Below, piece by piece: positions 27,589 to 37,905 of a stretch of DNA of 64,000 nucleotides; the first letter of the stretch is position 1; the number at the start of each line of letters is the position of its first letter. Source of the DNA: an uncultured Trueperaceae bacterium (GTDB taxonomy: Bacteria > Deinococcota > Deinococci > Deinococcales > Trueperaceae). Under the pieces are notes generated by a model. That model saw nothing but the letters and a program-made list of their open reading frames with translations, was not told the DNA's origin and ran no database searches. The position numbers were made by a program, and so were the translations under genes. The stretch lies in contig CAVSGP010000004.1 in the NCBI GenBank assembly GCA_963727505.1, forward strand, positions 960,001 to 1,024,000. Direction: 5' to 3'.

Positions 27589-28425
27589 TCAAGCTTCCGA
27601 GGGACGGCGCCCCAGCGTCACCAGGTATTCGGCGTTCGGGCGCTCGCGTTCCTGGTGCGCCAGGAAGTCCGCCAGCTCGCCTCGCAGGTCCGGCCAGCGG
27701 CCGTCGGCCTCCGTCAGGCGCCGCGCGACGATCAACGGGCCGAAGGTGCTCGTGTAGAACGCGACGCCGTCGTCGATCGACGGGAAGTCGTAGCTGCTCG
27801 GCACGCTCTGCCGCTCGAACTTCAACACCATGCCCGTGCCCGCGAACAGGTCGCGCACGTGCTCCTCCGTCCCCCACCGGAGCGGGGCCGGGGCGTCGGG
27901 GAAAGGCTGCGGCAGGTAGCGCGCGAGGATGGCGAAGAACGGCCGCATCGCCCCGGTCGGGATCCACGCGCACAGCCCCATGCGTCCTCCGGGTCGCAGG
28001 ACGCGCGCGATCTCCCGGGCAGCGGCGCGATGGCCGGGCGCGAACATGCACCCGAACGTCGACAGCACCACGTCGAAGCTGGCGTCGGCCACCGGCATGG
28101 CCTCGGCGTCCCCCTCGAGCCAGGTGACCTCCACGCCCGCCTCCGCGGCGAGCGCGCGCCCGGTCGCGAACAGTTCCGGGGTCAGGTCGATCCCGACAAC
28201 GCGGGCGCCCGCGGTCGCCGCGCGAAGGGCCGCGTTCCCGGTCCCGCACGCGACGTCCAGCACGTCCTCCCCTGGACGCACGTCGAGCCGTCGCACGAGG
28301 CGCTCCCCCGTCTGCCAGAATTCGCGGCGGGCGATCGCGCCGTAGTCGCCGGTGGCCCACGTCGCACGGATCTGCCGTTTCGCGGGATCGGGCACCGGGT
28401 TCGTACTGGACGCTGTCGTGGTCAT
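27589..28425 (-). CDS. Class I SAM-dependent methyltransferase
   Basis: VLDVACGTGNAA, GDAEAMP, FDVVLSTFGCMFAP, RVLRPGG. ATG at 28425 after AAGGAGG. Confidence 0.9.
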   Translation of the reverse strand: MTTTASSTNPVPDPAKRQIRATWATGDYGAIARREFWQTGERLVRRLDVRPGEDVLDVACGTGNAALRAATAGARVVGIDLTPELFATGRALAAEAGVEVTWLEGDAEAMPVADASFDVVLSTFGCMFAPGHRAAAREIARVLRPGGRMGLCAWIPTGAMRPFFAILARYLPQPFPDAPAPLRWGTEEHVRDLFAGTGMVLKFERQSVPSSYDFPSIDDGVAFYTSTFGPLIVARRLTEADGRWPDLRGELADFLAHQERERPNAEYLVTLGRRPSEA

Positions 28426-28519
28426 GGCGGGCCTCCTTCGTGAGAGGACGGTCGGCTCCAACGGCCGAATCTGGTCCAGCCTGCCACGCCGCAGCGTCGC
28501 GGAGCATCGGTGAGATCGC

Positions 28520-30205
28520 CTAGTCGCGGCTAGGTAAGCGGCCGCGCGCGACCAGGGCGGCCTCGGTCCGGTTCCTCACCCCGAGCTTGGACAACACGCT
28601 CTGGACGTGATGTTCGACCGTCCGGCGGGAGATGGACAGGCGCTCGGCGATGGCGGGATTCGACAGGCCCTGCTCGAGGAGCTCCAGCACCTCGCGCTCG
28701 CGCTTCGTCAGCATGCCGAGGCCCTTGGGCCCGCGGCGCGACGCCCGCACCCCCAGCGTCCGAAGGACGGCGGCCGCCCGGTCGGCATCGCCCCCCGCGC
28801 CGAGGTCCTCGAACGAGGCCAGGGCGCTCCGGAGCCACGGTGCGGCCAGGTCGGGCGTTCGCCGGGCCAGCTGCTCGCCGAGAAGGAGCCGGCAGCGCGC
28901 CGCCTCCAGCGGCATCTGCAGGCGCTCGAAGCGCGTCAGCGCCTGCCGCCCGGACCGTATCGCGCCTTCGGGGTCGCGTGCGGCCGCCAACGCACGTGCG
29001 CGCGCCAGATCGGCCTGCGCGACGATCGGTTGGCAGCCGGTCTCCTCGCCGAGACCGACGAGTCGATCGGCAACGGCGAGCGCCTCCCGGCCCCGGCCCG
29101 CCGCCGCCAGCGCCGCGGCCTGCACCGACAGTGCGGCCGCCCGCTCCAGACCCGCCGCGGCCCCGGCGGTGTAGGCGAGCAGCCGATCGTCCTCCCCGCC
29201 CTCTTCGGCGCCCTCCATCGCGGCGGCCGCCGCAGCGCTCTGGCCCCGCGCCAGCAGGAGCGCCGCGCGGACGCGCCCACCCACCGCCTGCCCCGCCAAC
29301 CCCTGCACCAGCTCCTCGGCCTCCTCCAGCCTTCCCTGGGCGAGGCGCAGCTCCGCCAACCCCGCGAGCGCCATCCCGTGCAGCGCCGGCTCGGCGTCCC
29401 GACCGGTCCGGAGCGCGGCCAGGTAGTGCTCGTCCGCGCTCCGCCAGTCGCCGGTGACGAACATCAGGCGGGCGTGGTGGACGCGGCACAACGTGAAGAC
29501 GTGCGGGCAACCGAAGCGCTCGGCGAAGGCGTGGCCCGCGCGGATCCACTGCAGGGCCCGACCCACCTCCGCCACCCGGCTGCAGGCCGTGACCGTGTTG
29601 CAGCTCGCATACACGACCGTCTGCAGACGCTCGCCCTGGCCCGCCAGCGCACCGGCCATCGTCTCGTCGAGGAGGTCGACACCGTCGGCGATCCGACCCA
29701 TGCCGACGAGGCACGCACCGAGCTGGCTGCGCGCGCACAGCTCGAGGTCCGGGTCGCCGGTCCGCACGGCGATGTCGACGGCGGACCTCGCCGCCCGCTC
29801 GGCCGCCGCGACGTCGTCCGACGCATGGGCGGTGAGCAGCAGGATCCAGCCGTCGAGGGGCTCGAGCCGGTGCTCCTCGACCAGGCGCGCCGCGCGCCGC
29901 AGCCAACCGTTCGCGACGGCCCGCCGCCCCAGGCTGATGCGCGCCACGAAGTACAGCTGGAACGCCGCCATCACCGCCTCGGCCGGCTCGCCGTCGCGCA
30001 GGTAGGCCGCGTGGGCACGCTCGAAGTGCGCCACCGCGGCCGCCGTGTCGCCGAGCCACCATGCCGCCTCCGCGAACCCGGCCAGGGCCGGCGCCGTGGG
30101 CTCCTGCTCGAGGGCGCGGGCGAAGACCGCCTCGGCCTGCCGCCAACGACCGTCGGCAAGCGCCCGCCTCCCCTCGGCGAGCCACCCCTCCTGTGGCTGC
30201 TCCAT
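28520..30205 (-). CDS. LuxR-family regulator (TPR-like repeats plus C-terminal HTH)
   Basis: C-terminal LTKREREVLELL..GLSNPAIAERLSISRRTVEHHV. TACCGT lies 6 nt before ATG 30205 (leaderless-like). Confidence 0.88.
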   Translation of the reverse strand: MEQPQEGWLAEGRRALADGRWRQAEAVFARALEQEPTAPALAGFAEAAWWLGDTAAAVAHFERAHAAYLRDGEPAEAVMAAFQLYFVARISLGRRAVANGWLRRAARLVEEHRLEPLDGWILLLTAHASDDVAAAERAARSAVDIAVRTGDPDLELCARSQLGACLVGMGRIADGVDLLDETMAGALAGQGERLQTVVYASCNTVTACSRVAEVGRALQWIRAGHAFAERFGCPHVFTLCRVHHARLMFVTGDWRSADEHYLAALRTGRDAEPALHGMALAGLAELRLAQGRLEEAEELVQGLAGQAVGGRVRAALLLARGQSAAAAAAMEGAEEGGEDDRLLAYTAGAAAGLERAAALSVQAAALAAAGRGREALAVADRLVGLGEETGCQPIVAQADLARARALAAARDPEGAIRSGRQALTRFERLQMPLEAARCRLLLGEQLARRTPDLAAPWLRSALASFEDLGAGGDADRAAAVLRTLGVRASRRGPKGLGMLTKREREVLELLEQGLSNPAIAERLSISRRTVEHHVQSVLSKLGVRNRTEAALVARGRLPSRD

Positions 30206-30289
30206 GGCGCCACGGTAGCGCACCCGCAGCGCGCGGCGCACCCCCGCCCGCCACGCGCGTCGCACCCGGAGTCGGGCCTGCGCCGTGGA

Positions 30290-31144
30290 TCAGCGCCGCG
30301 TGCGACCGCGCGGGTCGAGCACGTCGCGCAGGCCGTCGCCGAGCAGGTTGAACGCCAGCACCGTGAGCAGGATGGCGATGGCCGGCGCCGACGACGCCCA
30401 GGGCGCCTCGTTGATGAAGTTGCGCGTCTCCGAGACGATGGCCCCCCACTCGGGGGTGGGCGGCTGCGCCCCGAAGCCGATGAACCCGAGGCCCGCTGCG
30501 GTCAGGATGGCGCTGCCGATGTCGAAGCTCGCCTGCACCAGCAGCGGCGTCAACGTGTTGGGCAGCACGTGCAGGAAGGCCTGCCGGAGTCTCGCCGCGC
30601 CCAGCGCGCGCGACGCCTCTACGTAGTCGAGCGTACGCACCGCCAGCACCTGCGCCCGCAGCAGGCGGGCGTAGTTGGGCCACGAAACCGCCGCCACCGC
30701 GATCATCACGTTGGTCAGACTAGGACCCAGCGCGGCGGAGATCGCCATCGCCAGGATCAGCGCCGGGAATGCCAGGAAGATGTCGGTGACGCGCATGAGC
30801 AGCTCGTCCCAGAAGCCTCCCAGCATGCCCGCGGCGAGGCCCACCACGCCGCCCACGAACAGCGACACAGCGACCACCACGAACCCGATGCGAAGCGAGA
30901 TACGCGAGCCCCACACCACCCGCGACCACACGTCGCGGCCGAGCTGGTCGGTGCCGAACCAGTGCTGGGCGCTCGGGCCCTGCAGCCGCTCCGACAGGTT
31001 CTGGTGGAGGGGGTCGCCGGCGAGGAAAGGCGCCATCAGCGCCAGCACGATCAGCGCGACCGACAGACCCGTGCCGATCAACGTCCCCGGATTGCGGAGG
31101 AAACGCCGGGCCGGCTTGCTACGGAGGAAGGCCGGGGCGGTCAC
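30290..31144 (-). CDS. Peptide/nickel ABC permease (DppC family)
   Basis: HWFGTDQLGRDVWSRV, YVEASRALGA, HVLPN, NLLGDGLRDVLDP. GTG start overlaps the upstream stop. Confidence 0.92.
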   Translation of the reverse strand: MTAPAFLRSKPARRFLRNPGTLIGTGLSVALIVLALMAPFLAGDPLHQNLSERLQGPSAQHWFGTDQLGRDVWSRVVWGSRISLRIGFVVVAVSLFVGGVVGLAAGMLGGFWDELLMRVTDIFLAFPALILAMAISAALGPSLTNVMIAVAAVSWPNYARLLRAQVLAVRTLDYVEASRALGAARLRQAFLHVLPNTLTPLLVQASFDIGSAILTAAGLGFIGFGAQPPTPEWGAIVSETRNFINEAPWASSAPAIAILLTVLAFNLLGDGLRDVLDPRGRTRR

Positions 31145-32148
31145 GCGTAGGTGATGCGCGGGTCGAAGACCGCGTAGGAGATGTCGACGAGGAGGTTGAT
31201 GACACTGTAGGCGAGGCCCGCCACCAGCGTCACGCCCATGACCGCAGGGAAGTCCAGCCCGATGGCGCTGGAGGTGGCGTAGGAGCCCAGGCCCGGCCAC
31301 GAGAAGATGGTCTCGGTGAGCACCGCGCCGGTGAGCAGGCTGCCGAGCAGGCTCCCCATCACCGTGAGCACCGGCAGCGCGGCGTTGCGCAGCGCGTGCT
31401 TGAACGTCACCACCCGGCTCGCCAGCCCCTTGGCGCGGGCGGTGCGGACGTAGTCCTGGGACAGCACCTCGAGCATGGCGCTGCGCACCATCCGGGCCAG
31501 CAGCGCCGTGGAGAACGCACCCAGCACGGCGGCGGGGAGGATGAGGTGGCGCACCGCGCTCACGAACGCCGGCCAATCGCCGGCGATCGCCGCGTCGACC
31601 ACCAGCATGCCGGTGACGCGGTGGGGCTCGATCAGATAGGCGTTGAGCTCACCGGGTCCCGGCAACCAGCCGAGGCGGGAGTGGAACAGCTCGAGCGCGA
31701 GGATGGCCAGCCAGTACACCGGCGTGGCACCCCCCACCAGCGCCAGCGTGCGCACGCCCAGGTCGACGGGCCGGTCCTGGTAGAGCGCGGCGATCACCCC
31801 TGCCGGCAGGCCGAAGAGGATGGCGAACACCATGGCGCCGAGCGTGAGCTCGAGCGTGGCGGGGAAGAAATCCCGCAGGTCGGACAAGATAGGGCGCTGC
31901 GTGCGAAGCGAGTTGCCGAGGTCACCCCGGAAGAGGTCCACCATGTAGCGCAGGTACTGCCGGTAGGCCGGCAGGTCGAGCCCGTACTTCTGCCGGTAGG
32001 CCTCGATCTGCGCCGGGCGGGCGTTGCTCCCCAGGGCGGCTGCGGCGGGATCGGCGGGGACGATGTGGGAGATGAAGAAGGCGGCGAACCCGACCCCCCA
32101 GACGACGAAGATCAGGTAGCCCAGGCGCCTCAGCAGGAAGGCGAGCAC
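31141..32148 (-). CDS. Peptide/nickel ABC permease (DppB family)
   Basis: GDLGNSL, PATLEL, DYVRTARAKGL, ETIFSWPGLG, DPRI. Confidence 0.93.
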   Translation of the reverse strand: MLAFLLRRLGYLIFVVWGVGFAAFFISHIVPADPAAAALGSNARPAQIEAYRQKYGLDLPAYRQYLRYMVDLFRGDLGNSLRTQRPILSDLRDFFPATLELTLGAMVFAILFGLPAGVIAALYQDRPVDLGVRTLALVGGATPVYWLAILALELFHSRLGWLPGPGELNAYLIEPHRVTGMLVVDAAIAGDWPAFVSAVRHLILPAAVLGAFSTALLARMVRSAMLEVLSQDYVRTARAKGLASRVVTFKHALRNAALPVLTVMGSLLGSLLTGAVLTETIFSWPGLGSYATSSAIGLDFPAVMGVTLVAGLAYSVINLLVDISYAVFDPRITYA

Positions 32149-32173
32149 GGCACCTCCGAGGGGATAGCGGGGG

Positions 32174-32202
32174 CGTGGGAGGGGCCAGGGGCCCCTCCCA
32201 CG
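32174..32202. other. Stem-loop between SBP and permease genes
   Basis: CGTGGGAGGGGCC-AGG-GGCCCCTCCCACG, a perfect 13-bp stem. Confidence 0.7.
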
Positions 32203-32227
32203 TCGGTCTCACGAGGTCTCGCGGACC

Positions 32228-33817
32228 TCAAGGCTGCTTGCTGATGGCCGTGTAGTCGACGTCGCCCTGCGCGCTGCGATCGAAGCCGTCCACCTTGGCG
32301 GTGGTCACGATGGGCACGTTCGGCTGGTAGAGGATGGCGAAGGGACCGTTCTGCGCCACGTACTTGGTGAGCTGGGCGTAGAGGTCCTTGCGCTGCGCGG
32401 GATCGGTGCTGGTCGCGGCCTCGGTGGCCAGCTTGGTGCCGGTGGCGTCGTTCCACACGTTGCGCCAGGCCAGCGACTTGGCGTTGTAGTCCGCCAGCGG
32501 GCTGGCGTTGCCGTTCGGGTCGGGATAGTCCGGGCTCCACGCGGCCAGCACGAGCTGGGCGGCCTGCTGCCGGTAGATGGTGTAGAGCTGGGCGCCGGTG
32601 GTCTGCTTGATGTTGGCGGTGATGCCGATCTTCGCCAGGTCGGACTGGACCTTCGCCGCCAGGTCGGCGCAGGGTATGCCGCCGCCGCAGGCGCCGGTGG
32701 AGATGAGGAACTCGACCGTCATGCCGCCGGACTTGCCGGCCTCGGCCATGAGCTGCTTGGCCTTCTCGATGTCGTGCGTGTAGTACTGGGTGGTGTCGGC
32801 GCCCATCAGGCCGTAGGGGATGATGGTCTGCATCTTGCGGCCCAGGCCCGCCAGCAGGTCGTTGATGATGCCGTCCTGATCGATGGCGTAGCGCACGGCG
32901 TCGCGCACGCGGTTGTCCTCGAAGGGCGCGCCGGGGCCGGAGTTCATCCCCAGGTAGGACATCTGGAAGGTATCGGTCTTGAGCGTCTTCAGGTTGGGAT
33001 CGCTCTCGGCCTGCTTGAAGGCGTCGGGCGTGAAGTTGTAGGCGACGTCGATCTCACCGGAGGTGATGGCGGAGCGCTGGGCGTTGGACTCCTGCATGTT
33101 GCGCAGGATCACGCGCTTGATCGAGCCGGGGTTCGGGTACTCGGGGTTGGCCGACAGCACCACCTGCGAGCTGCGGTCCCAGCGGTCCAGCATGTACGGC
33201 CCCGAGCCGGCCGAGTGGTCGTTGAGCCACTTCTGGCCGTAGTCGTTACCGTCGACGTGCTTCTGTACCTCGGTGGCGTCCATGACGCCGCCGATGTTGA
33301 AGGTGAGCATGTTGAGGATGATCTGCGGGTTGACGCCCTTGGGCAGCGTGAGCTGCACCGTCTTGTCGTCGAGCGCCTTGGTGGAGCCCACCTTCATGCC
33401 GGCCACGTCGGTGAACAGGAAGGCCGACGGGCCGTTGATCTGGATGACGCGGTCGAACGACCACACCACGTCCTGCGCCGTCACCGTACGCCCCGTGGAG
33501 AACTTGGCGTCCTTGAGGTGGAAGGTGATGGTGCTGCCGCCGTCGGCCGTGCTGGCGATGTCCCAGCTGGTGGCCAGGCCGGGCACCACCTTCGAGAGGT
33601 CGGTGCCGTTGAACTGCACCAGCCGCTCGTAGATGTTGTCGTCGATGGGGGTGGACGAGAACTCGTAGGCCACGCCGGGATCGAGCGTGATCAGGTCGCT
33701 CCAGTCGCCGCCGATGACGAGGGTCTGCTGCTGCGCGGACTGCGCCGAGCCGAACGTCAGCAGCAGCGCCGCCGCGAGCGTAGCCAGGACCATCCATGAG
33801 GTGCGGAGTCGTACCAT
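32228..33817 (-). CDS. Peptide ABC substrate-binding protein (family 5, DppA-like)
   Basis: TLDP, PGLATSW, GSGPY, VRDAVRYAID, WSPDYPDP. ATG at 33817 after AAGGAGG. Confidence 0.93.
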   Translation of the reverse strand: MVRLRTSWMVLATLAAALLLTFGSAQSAQQQTLVIGGDWSDLITLDPGVAYEFSSTPIDDNIYERLVQFNGTDLSKVVPGLATSWDIASTADGGSTITFHLKDAKFSTGRTVTAQDVVWSFDRVIQINGPSAFLFTDVAGMKVGSTKALDDKTVQLTLPKGVNPQIILNMLTFNIGGVMDATEVQKHVDGNDYGQKWLNDHSAGSGPYMLDRWDRSSQVVLSANPEYPNPGSIKRVILRNMQESNAQRSAITSGEIDVAYNFTPDAFKQAESDPNLKTLKTDTFQMSYLGMNSGPGAPFEDNRVRDAVRYAIDQDGIINDLLAGLGRKMQTIIPYGLMGADTTQYYTHDIEKAKQLMAEAGKSGGMTVEFLISTGACGGGIPCADLAAKVQSDLAKIGITANIKQTTGAQLYTIYRQQAAQLVLAAWSPDYPDPNGNASPLADYNAKSLAWRNVWNDATGTKLATEAATSTDPAQRKDLYAQLTKYVAQNGPFAILYQPNVPIVTTAKVDGFDRSAQGDVDYTAISKQP

Positions 33818-33929
33818 GGTTCCTCCTTCAAGGTGTTGGTCCCGCCATCTTATCCCCAACAGCGGCGGCAGGAGGGACCTCCCCGCCAGCGCGACGGTCC
33901 GGCGGCCGGCGCGCTGACGGGCGTCGCCA

Positions 33930-34964
33930 TCAGGTCCAGTCCAGAATGACCTTCCCCGACCGCCCCGAGCGCATGGTGTCGAAGGCCTGCTGGAAGTCGT
34001 CCACGGCGAAGCGGTGGGTGATCACGGGCGCCAGGTCGAGCCCCGCCTGCAGCATGGCGGACATCTTGTACCAGGTGTCGAACATCTCACGGCCGTAGAT
34101 GCCGCGGATCTCGAGCCCCTTGAAGATGATCCGGTTGAAGTCGACGCCGATGGGCGCTCCCGGGATCCCCAGCAGTGCGATCTTGCCGCCGTGGTTGATC
34201 GACGCCAGGATCTGCTCGAAGGCCCCCTGTGCCCCCGACATCTCCAGCACCACGTCGAAACCCTCCGTCATGCCGAGCTCCGCCATCACGTCCTTCAGGT
34301 CGGCATCGGGCCGGGACACGTCGACCGCGCGGTCGACCGCGCCCATGCGCTCCGCCATGGCGAGACGCTCGGCGTTGACGTCGGTGATGACGACGTAGCG
34401 GGCGCCCACGAAGCGGGCAACGGCCGCGGCCATCAGGCCGATCGGACCGGCGCCGGTCACCAGCACGTCCTCCCCGACCAGGGGGAACGCCAGCGCCGTG
34501 TGCACGGCGTTGCCGAAGGGGTCGAGGATGGCCGCCCAGTCGTCGGGGATTCCGTCCGGGACCTTGAAGGCGTTCCCTGCCGGCAGCACGAAGCGTTCGG
34601 CGAAAGCCCCGGGCCGGTCGACGCCGACGCCCTGGGTGTTGCGGCAGAGGTGGCGGCGGCCGGCGCGGCAGTTCCGGCAGTGGCCGCAGGTGATGTGCCC
34701 CTCGCCGGAGACGCGATCGCCGGGCGCGTAACCCTGCACCTCGGAGCCGACCGCCTCGACCACCCCGACGTACTCGTGGCCGGTGATCATGGGGATGGGA
34801 AGGGTGCGCTGGGCCCAGGCGTCCCAGTTGTAGATGTGCACGTCGGTACCGCAGATGGAGGTGTGGGTGATGCGCAGTTGCAGGTCGTTCGGCCCCATCT
34901 CCGGCTCGGGGGCGTCGATCCTCCACATGCCCTCGCGGGGGTGGAGTTTGGCGAGCGCCTTCAC
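33930..34964 (-). CDS. tdh: L-threonine 3-dehydrogenase
   Basis: [53 protein letters not shown]. Confidence 0.97.
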   Translation of the reverse strand: MKALAKLHPREGMWRIDAPEPEMGPNDLQLRITHTSICGTDVHIYNWDAWAQRTLPIPMITGHEYVGVVEAVGSEVQGYAPGDRVSGEGHITCGHCRNCRAGRRHLCRNTQGVGVDRPGAFAERFVLPAGNAFKVPDGIPDDWAAILDPFGNAVHTALAFPLVGEDVLVTGAGPIGLMAAAVARFVGARYVVITDVNAERLAMAERMGAVDRAVDVSRPDADLKDVMAELGMTEGFDVVLEMSGAQGAFEQILASINHGGKIALLGIPGAPIGVDFNRIIFKGLEIRGIYGREMFDTWYKMSAMLQAGLDLAPVITHRFAVDDFQQAFDTMRSGRSGKVILDWT

Positions 34965-36154
34965 GCGATCACTCCGAGGTCACGGCCGACGCGCGTGAAG
35001 GCGTCGACCGCGCGCTGGAGCTGCTCGCGGGTGTGGAGCGCCGACATCTGGGTGCGGATGCGGGCCTGCCCGTTGGGCACCACCGGGTAGGAGAACCCGA
35101 TGACGTAGATACCCTCCTCGGCGAGCAACTTCTCGGCCATGGCGGTGGCCAGCGCGGCGTCCCCGATCATGACGGGGATGATGGGGTGACCCTCGCCCGC
35201 AAGCGTGAAGCCCGCGCGCGTCATCGCCTCCCGGAAGAAGACGCTGTTCTCGCCCAGGCGCGTGCGCAGGTCGCCCGAGCGCTCGAGCAGCTCGAGGACC
35301 GCCAGCGACGCCGCCACCACGGCGGGCGCCACGGAATTGGAGAACAGGTAGGGCCGGCTGCGCTGCCGCAGCCACGCCACGATCTCCTTGCGCCCGCTGG
35401 TGTAGCCGCCGGACGCGCCCCCGAGGGCCTTGCCGAGCGTGCCGGTGAGGATGTCCACGCGTCCCATCACGCCGCGGAGCTCATGGGTGCCTCGACCCCG
35501 CTCCCCCAGGAAGCCGACGGCGTGGCTGTCGTCGACCATCACCATGGCGTCGTGGCGCTCTGCAAGGTCGCAGATCGCCTCCAGATCGGCGACCACGCCG
35601 TCCATCGAGAACACGCCGTCGGTGGCGATCAGCCGGTAGCGGGCGTCCGTCGCGGCCTCGAGCTGGCGCTCCAGGTCCGCCATGTCGTTGTTGGCGTAGC
35701 GGAAGCGCCGGGCCTTGCTGAGCCGCACCCCGTCGATGATGCTGGCGTGGTTGAGGGCGTCGCTGATGATGGCGTCTTCGGGACCCAGGAGGGCCTCGAA
35801 GAGCCCGCCGTTGGCGTCGAAGCATGAGGAGTAGAGGATGGTGTCCCCGGTGCCGAGGAAGCTGCTGATGCGCTCCTCGAGCTGCTTGTGGATGTCCTGC
35901 GTGCCGCAGATGAAGCGGACCGAGGCCATCCCGAAGCCACGCTCCTCGATGCCGCGCTGAGCCGCCTCCATCACCGCGGGGTGGTTGGCCAGCCCGAGGT
36001 AGTTGTTGGCACAGAAGTTGAGCACCTCCCCGCCGCCCTCGACCGTGATGGTCGCTTGCTGTTGGGAGGTGATGATGCGCTCGCCCTTGAAGAGCCCTCC
36101 GTCGCGTAGCTCGTCGAGCCGCTTCTCCAGGTCATCGAGGTAGTCGCGTCCCAT
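34961..36154 (-). CDS. kbl: 2-amino-3-ketobutyrate CoA ligase (glycine C-acetyltransferase)
   Basis: [59 protein letters not shown] at 36154 after GGAGGAG. Confidence 0.97.
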   Translation of the reverse strand: MGRDYLDDLEKRLDELRDGGLFKGERIITSQQQATITVEGGGEVLNFCANNYLGLANHPAVMEAAQRGIEERGFGMASVRFICGTQDIHKQLEERISSFLGTGDTILYSSCFDANGGLFEALLGPEDAIISDALNHASIIDGVRLSKARRFRYANNDMADLERQLEAATDARYRLIATDGVFSMDGVVADLEAICDLAERHDAMVMVDDSHAVGFLGERGRGTHELRGVMGRVDILTGTLGKALGGASGGYTSGRKEIVAWLRQRSRPYLFSNSVAPAVVAASLAVLELLERSGDLRTRLGENSVFFREAMTRAGFTLAGEGHPIIPVMIGDAALATAMAEKLLAEEGIYVIGFSYPVVPNGQARIRTQMSALHTREQLQRAVDAFTRVGRDLGVIA

Positions 36155-36579
36155 GACTGCTCCTCCCGGCATGGGGCCAAGCGAGGCGCACGCCCCCGCT
36201 CTCGCGTAGGAGCCCCCGTCCACGCTACCGCGCCGCCCGGCGCCGTGCGCGAAGACGCACCGACCGTTGCGCCAGACGACCACGGAGCCATCGACCGTGG
36301 CCACCATCCGGACGCCTGCACGTCCCCCTGGTGTGACGCGAGAGAGGCCGTCAGGCACGTCCCATGCTACCGTCATGGTCAGCGATACGAAGCGCCGGAC
36401 CGGTCGGTCGCGCCCTCCTCGTTCCCGTTCCATCTTCAACGACCGAAGCAAGCACACGGCGTTCGATCGCGATTTCCGGTTCGTCGCCCGCGAGCCGCAG
36501 CGTGGCATAGCTGCACCCCGCCGCTGAACCCCGCCACGATGCCGCCCCCGGACCCGAACTCCGAAGCGAGGGGACGACC

Positions 36580-36777
36580 ATGAACTGGGATCAGATCCAA
36601 GGCAAGTGGAAGCAGTTCACCGGGGAAGTGCAATCCAACTGGGGCAAGCTCACGAACGACGACCTCCAGGAGGTCAAGGGCGACCGCACCAAGCTCTCCG
36701 GCAAGCTCCAGGAACGCTATGGCGTCACGAAGGAAGAAGCGGACCGTCAGATCGACCACTGGATGAAGAAGCACTGA
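36580..36777 (+). CDS. csbD: CsbD family stress protein
   Basis: [13 protein letters not shown].....WGKLTNDDL....[11 protein letters not shown]. Confidence 0.93.
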   Translation: MNWDQIQGKWKQFTGEVQSNWGKLTNDDLQEVKGDRTKLSGKLQERYGVTKEEADRQIDHWMKKH

Positions 36778-37089
36778 CGGCCGGTTGCGGCCCTGTGCCG
36801 TTGCGGGCGCCGGCACAGGCCGCCTCGCTGGGGGACGCACGCCGCACCCTCGGTGGGAGCCACGCCGCGCTTCCCACGTCACGTCGCGTCCGCGGCGCCG
36901 GTGCTAGCGTCGAAGCGTACCAGGACGGCCCATCCCGGGGCGCCCGGCTCCCGTTCCGGTCGCCGCCGGGTAACCGAACGGGCGACAGTGCGGGCCGGTG
37001 GACGGGGCTCCCGCCTCGCAACCGGAAGTGCACGGTCGCTCGGTCCCGAAGAGCAGCAACACCCGATCCCATAACAGGCAGGTGATCCC

Positions 37090-37407
37090 ATGGCACAGAC
37101 GAGCGATGTTCAACACGAGATCGACAGCCTCAAGGCCGATCTGAAGTCCCTGCGAGACGACCTCTCCGAGCTATCGAAGGCGGGTGGCAAGGCGGCCGGT
37201 GACAGCGTGCAGGCCGCTCGAGACTCCCTCCGCGAGGAGGCCGACAAGCTCATCGAGCGCTTGAAGAAGACCGCTTCCTCCGTGCAGGAGGAGGGTGAGC
37301 ACGTCGCCGGGCAGGTGCGCGACGAGGTCACAGAGAAGCCGCTCCCATCGCTCTTGACCGCTTTCGGGGTCGGCGCGTTGCTGGGGTGGCTCGTGTCGCG
37401 CAAGTAG
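37090..37407 (+). CDS. ElaB/YqjD/DUF883 family tail-anchored protein
   Basis: Coiled-coil N-terminus, then EKPLPSLLTAFGVGALLGWLVSRK C-terminal anchor. Confidence 0.85.
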   Translation: MAQTSDVQHEIDSLKADLKSLRDDLSELSKAGGKAAGDSVQAARDSLREEADKLIERLKKTASSVQEEGEHVAGQVRDEVTEKPLPSLLTAFGVGALLGWLVSRK

Positions 37408-37686
37408 ATGCGCGCCGCCTTCGCCGACGTCCTCATCGCGGCGCTCGAGCTGCTGGAGGCCGAGGCGCGCAGCGCCCGCAAGGGTCTGACGCGCGCGGCC
37501 GGCGCCGTCGCGCTGCTGGCGGCCGCCGCGCTCCTCGCGCTCGGAGCCGCCGCCCTGCTCGCTTGGGCGCTGTTGACGGCACTCTATCCGGTGATGGCGC
37601 CACCCCTGGCGCGCCTGCTCACGGGGTTCGGCGTCCTCATCGCCTCGGGAGGTCTCTTGTGGGCCGCCAGCCGCATGAACCGCTGA
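37408..37686 (+). CDS. Small 2-TM membrane protein (YqjE/holin-like)
   Basis: LELLEAE followed by two hydrophobic helices; abuts the DUF883 gene. Confidence 0.7.
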   Translation: MRAAFADVLIAALELLEAEARSARKGLTRAAGAVALLAAAALLALGAAALLAWALLTALYPVMAPPLARLLTGFGVLIASGGLLWAASRMNR

Positions 37687-37895
37687 GTATCGCCGACGCC
37701 AAGGCGCGTCTTCGCCGCGCGGCGGCTGCAGGGGCCTCCGGCCCCGGCGAGACCGCTGTGGGCGGCGTGCGCCTGTTCGCCCGCACCCGCCCCTGGGTCG
37801 CGCTGGGTGCGGCCCTAGCCGCGGGGGTCGTAGTGGGCGCATCGAAACGCGCCCGCGCAGAACTCCCCCGACTGCTGCTACGCCTCCTCGGCTGA
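37659..37895 (+). CDS. Small membrane protein (YqjK-like position)
   Basis: GGAGGT, 5 nt, GTG at 37659; RPWVALGAALAAGVVVG segment. Confidence 0.6.
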   Translation: MGRQPHEPLSIADAKARLRRAAAAGASGPGETAVGGVRLFARTRPWVALGAALAAGVVVGASKRARAELPRLLLRLLG

Positions 37896-37905
37896 CCCGC
37901 CGGCG

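Noticed and set aside
28530..31150. 717-aa (-) and 847-aa (+) ORFs
   Set aside because: Alternative-frame and antisense shadows of the LuxR and DppC-type genes; Arg/Gly/Ala-rich with no domain motifs.
36155..36579. Possible glycine riboswitch or sRNA upstream of kbl-tdh
   Set aside because: No glycine-riboswitch consensus segments recognised by eye; an Rfam scan is needed to exclude it. The 515-aa ORF-track extension of kbl was also rejected because of the SD at 36154.
37683..37686. Apparent CTG start overlapping the upstream stop (CTGA)
   Set aside because: An in-frame GTG at 37659 with a GGAGGT SD explains the gene conventionally.
37408..37686. Holin as a sign of prophage
   Set aside because: The context is the yqjD/E/K-like triad, and there are no phage genes nearby.
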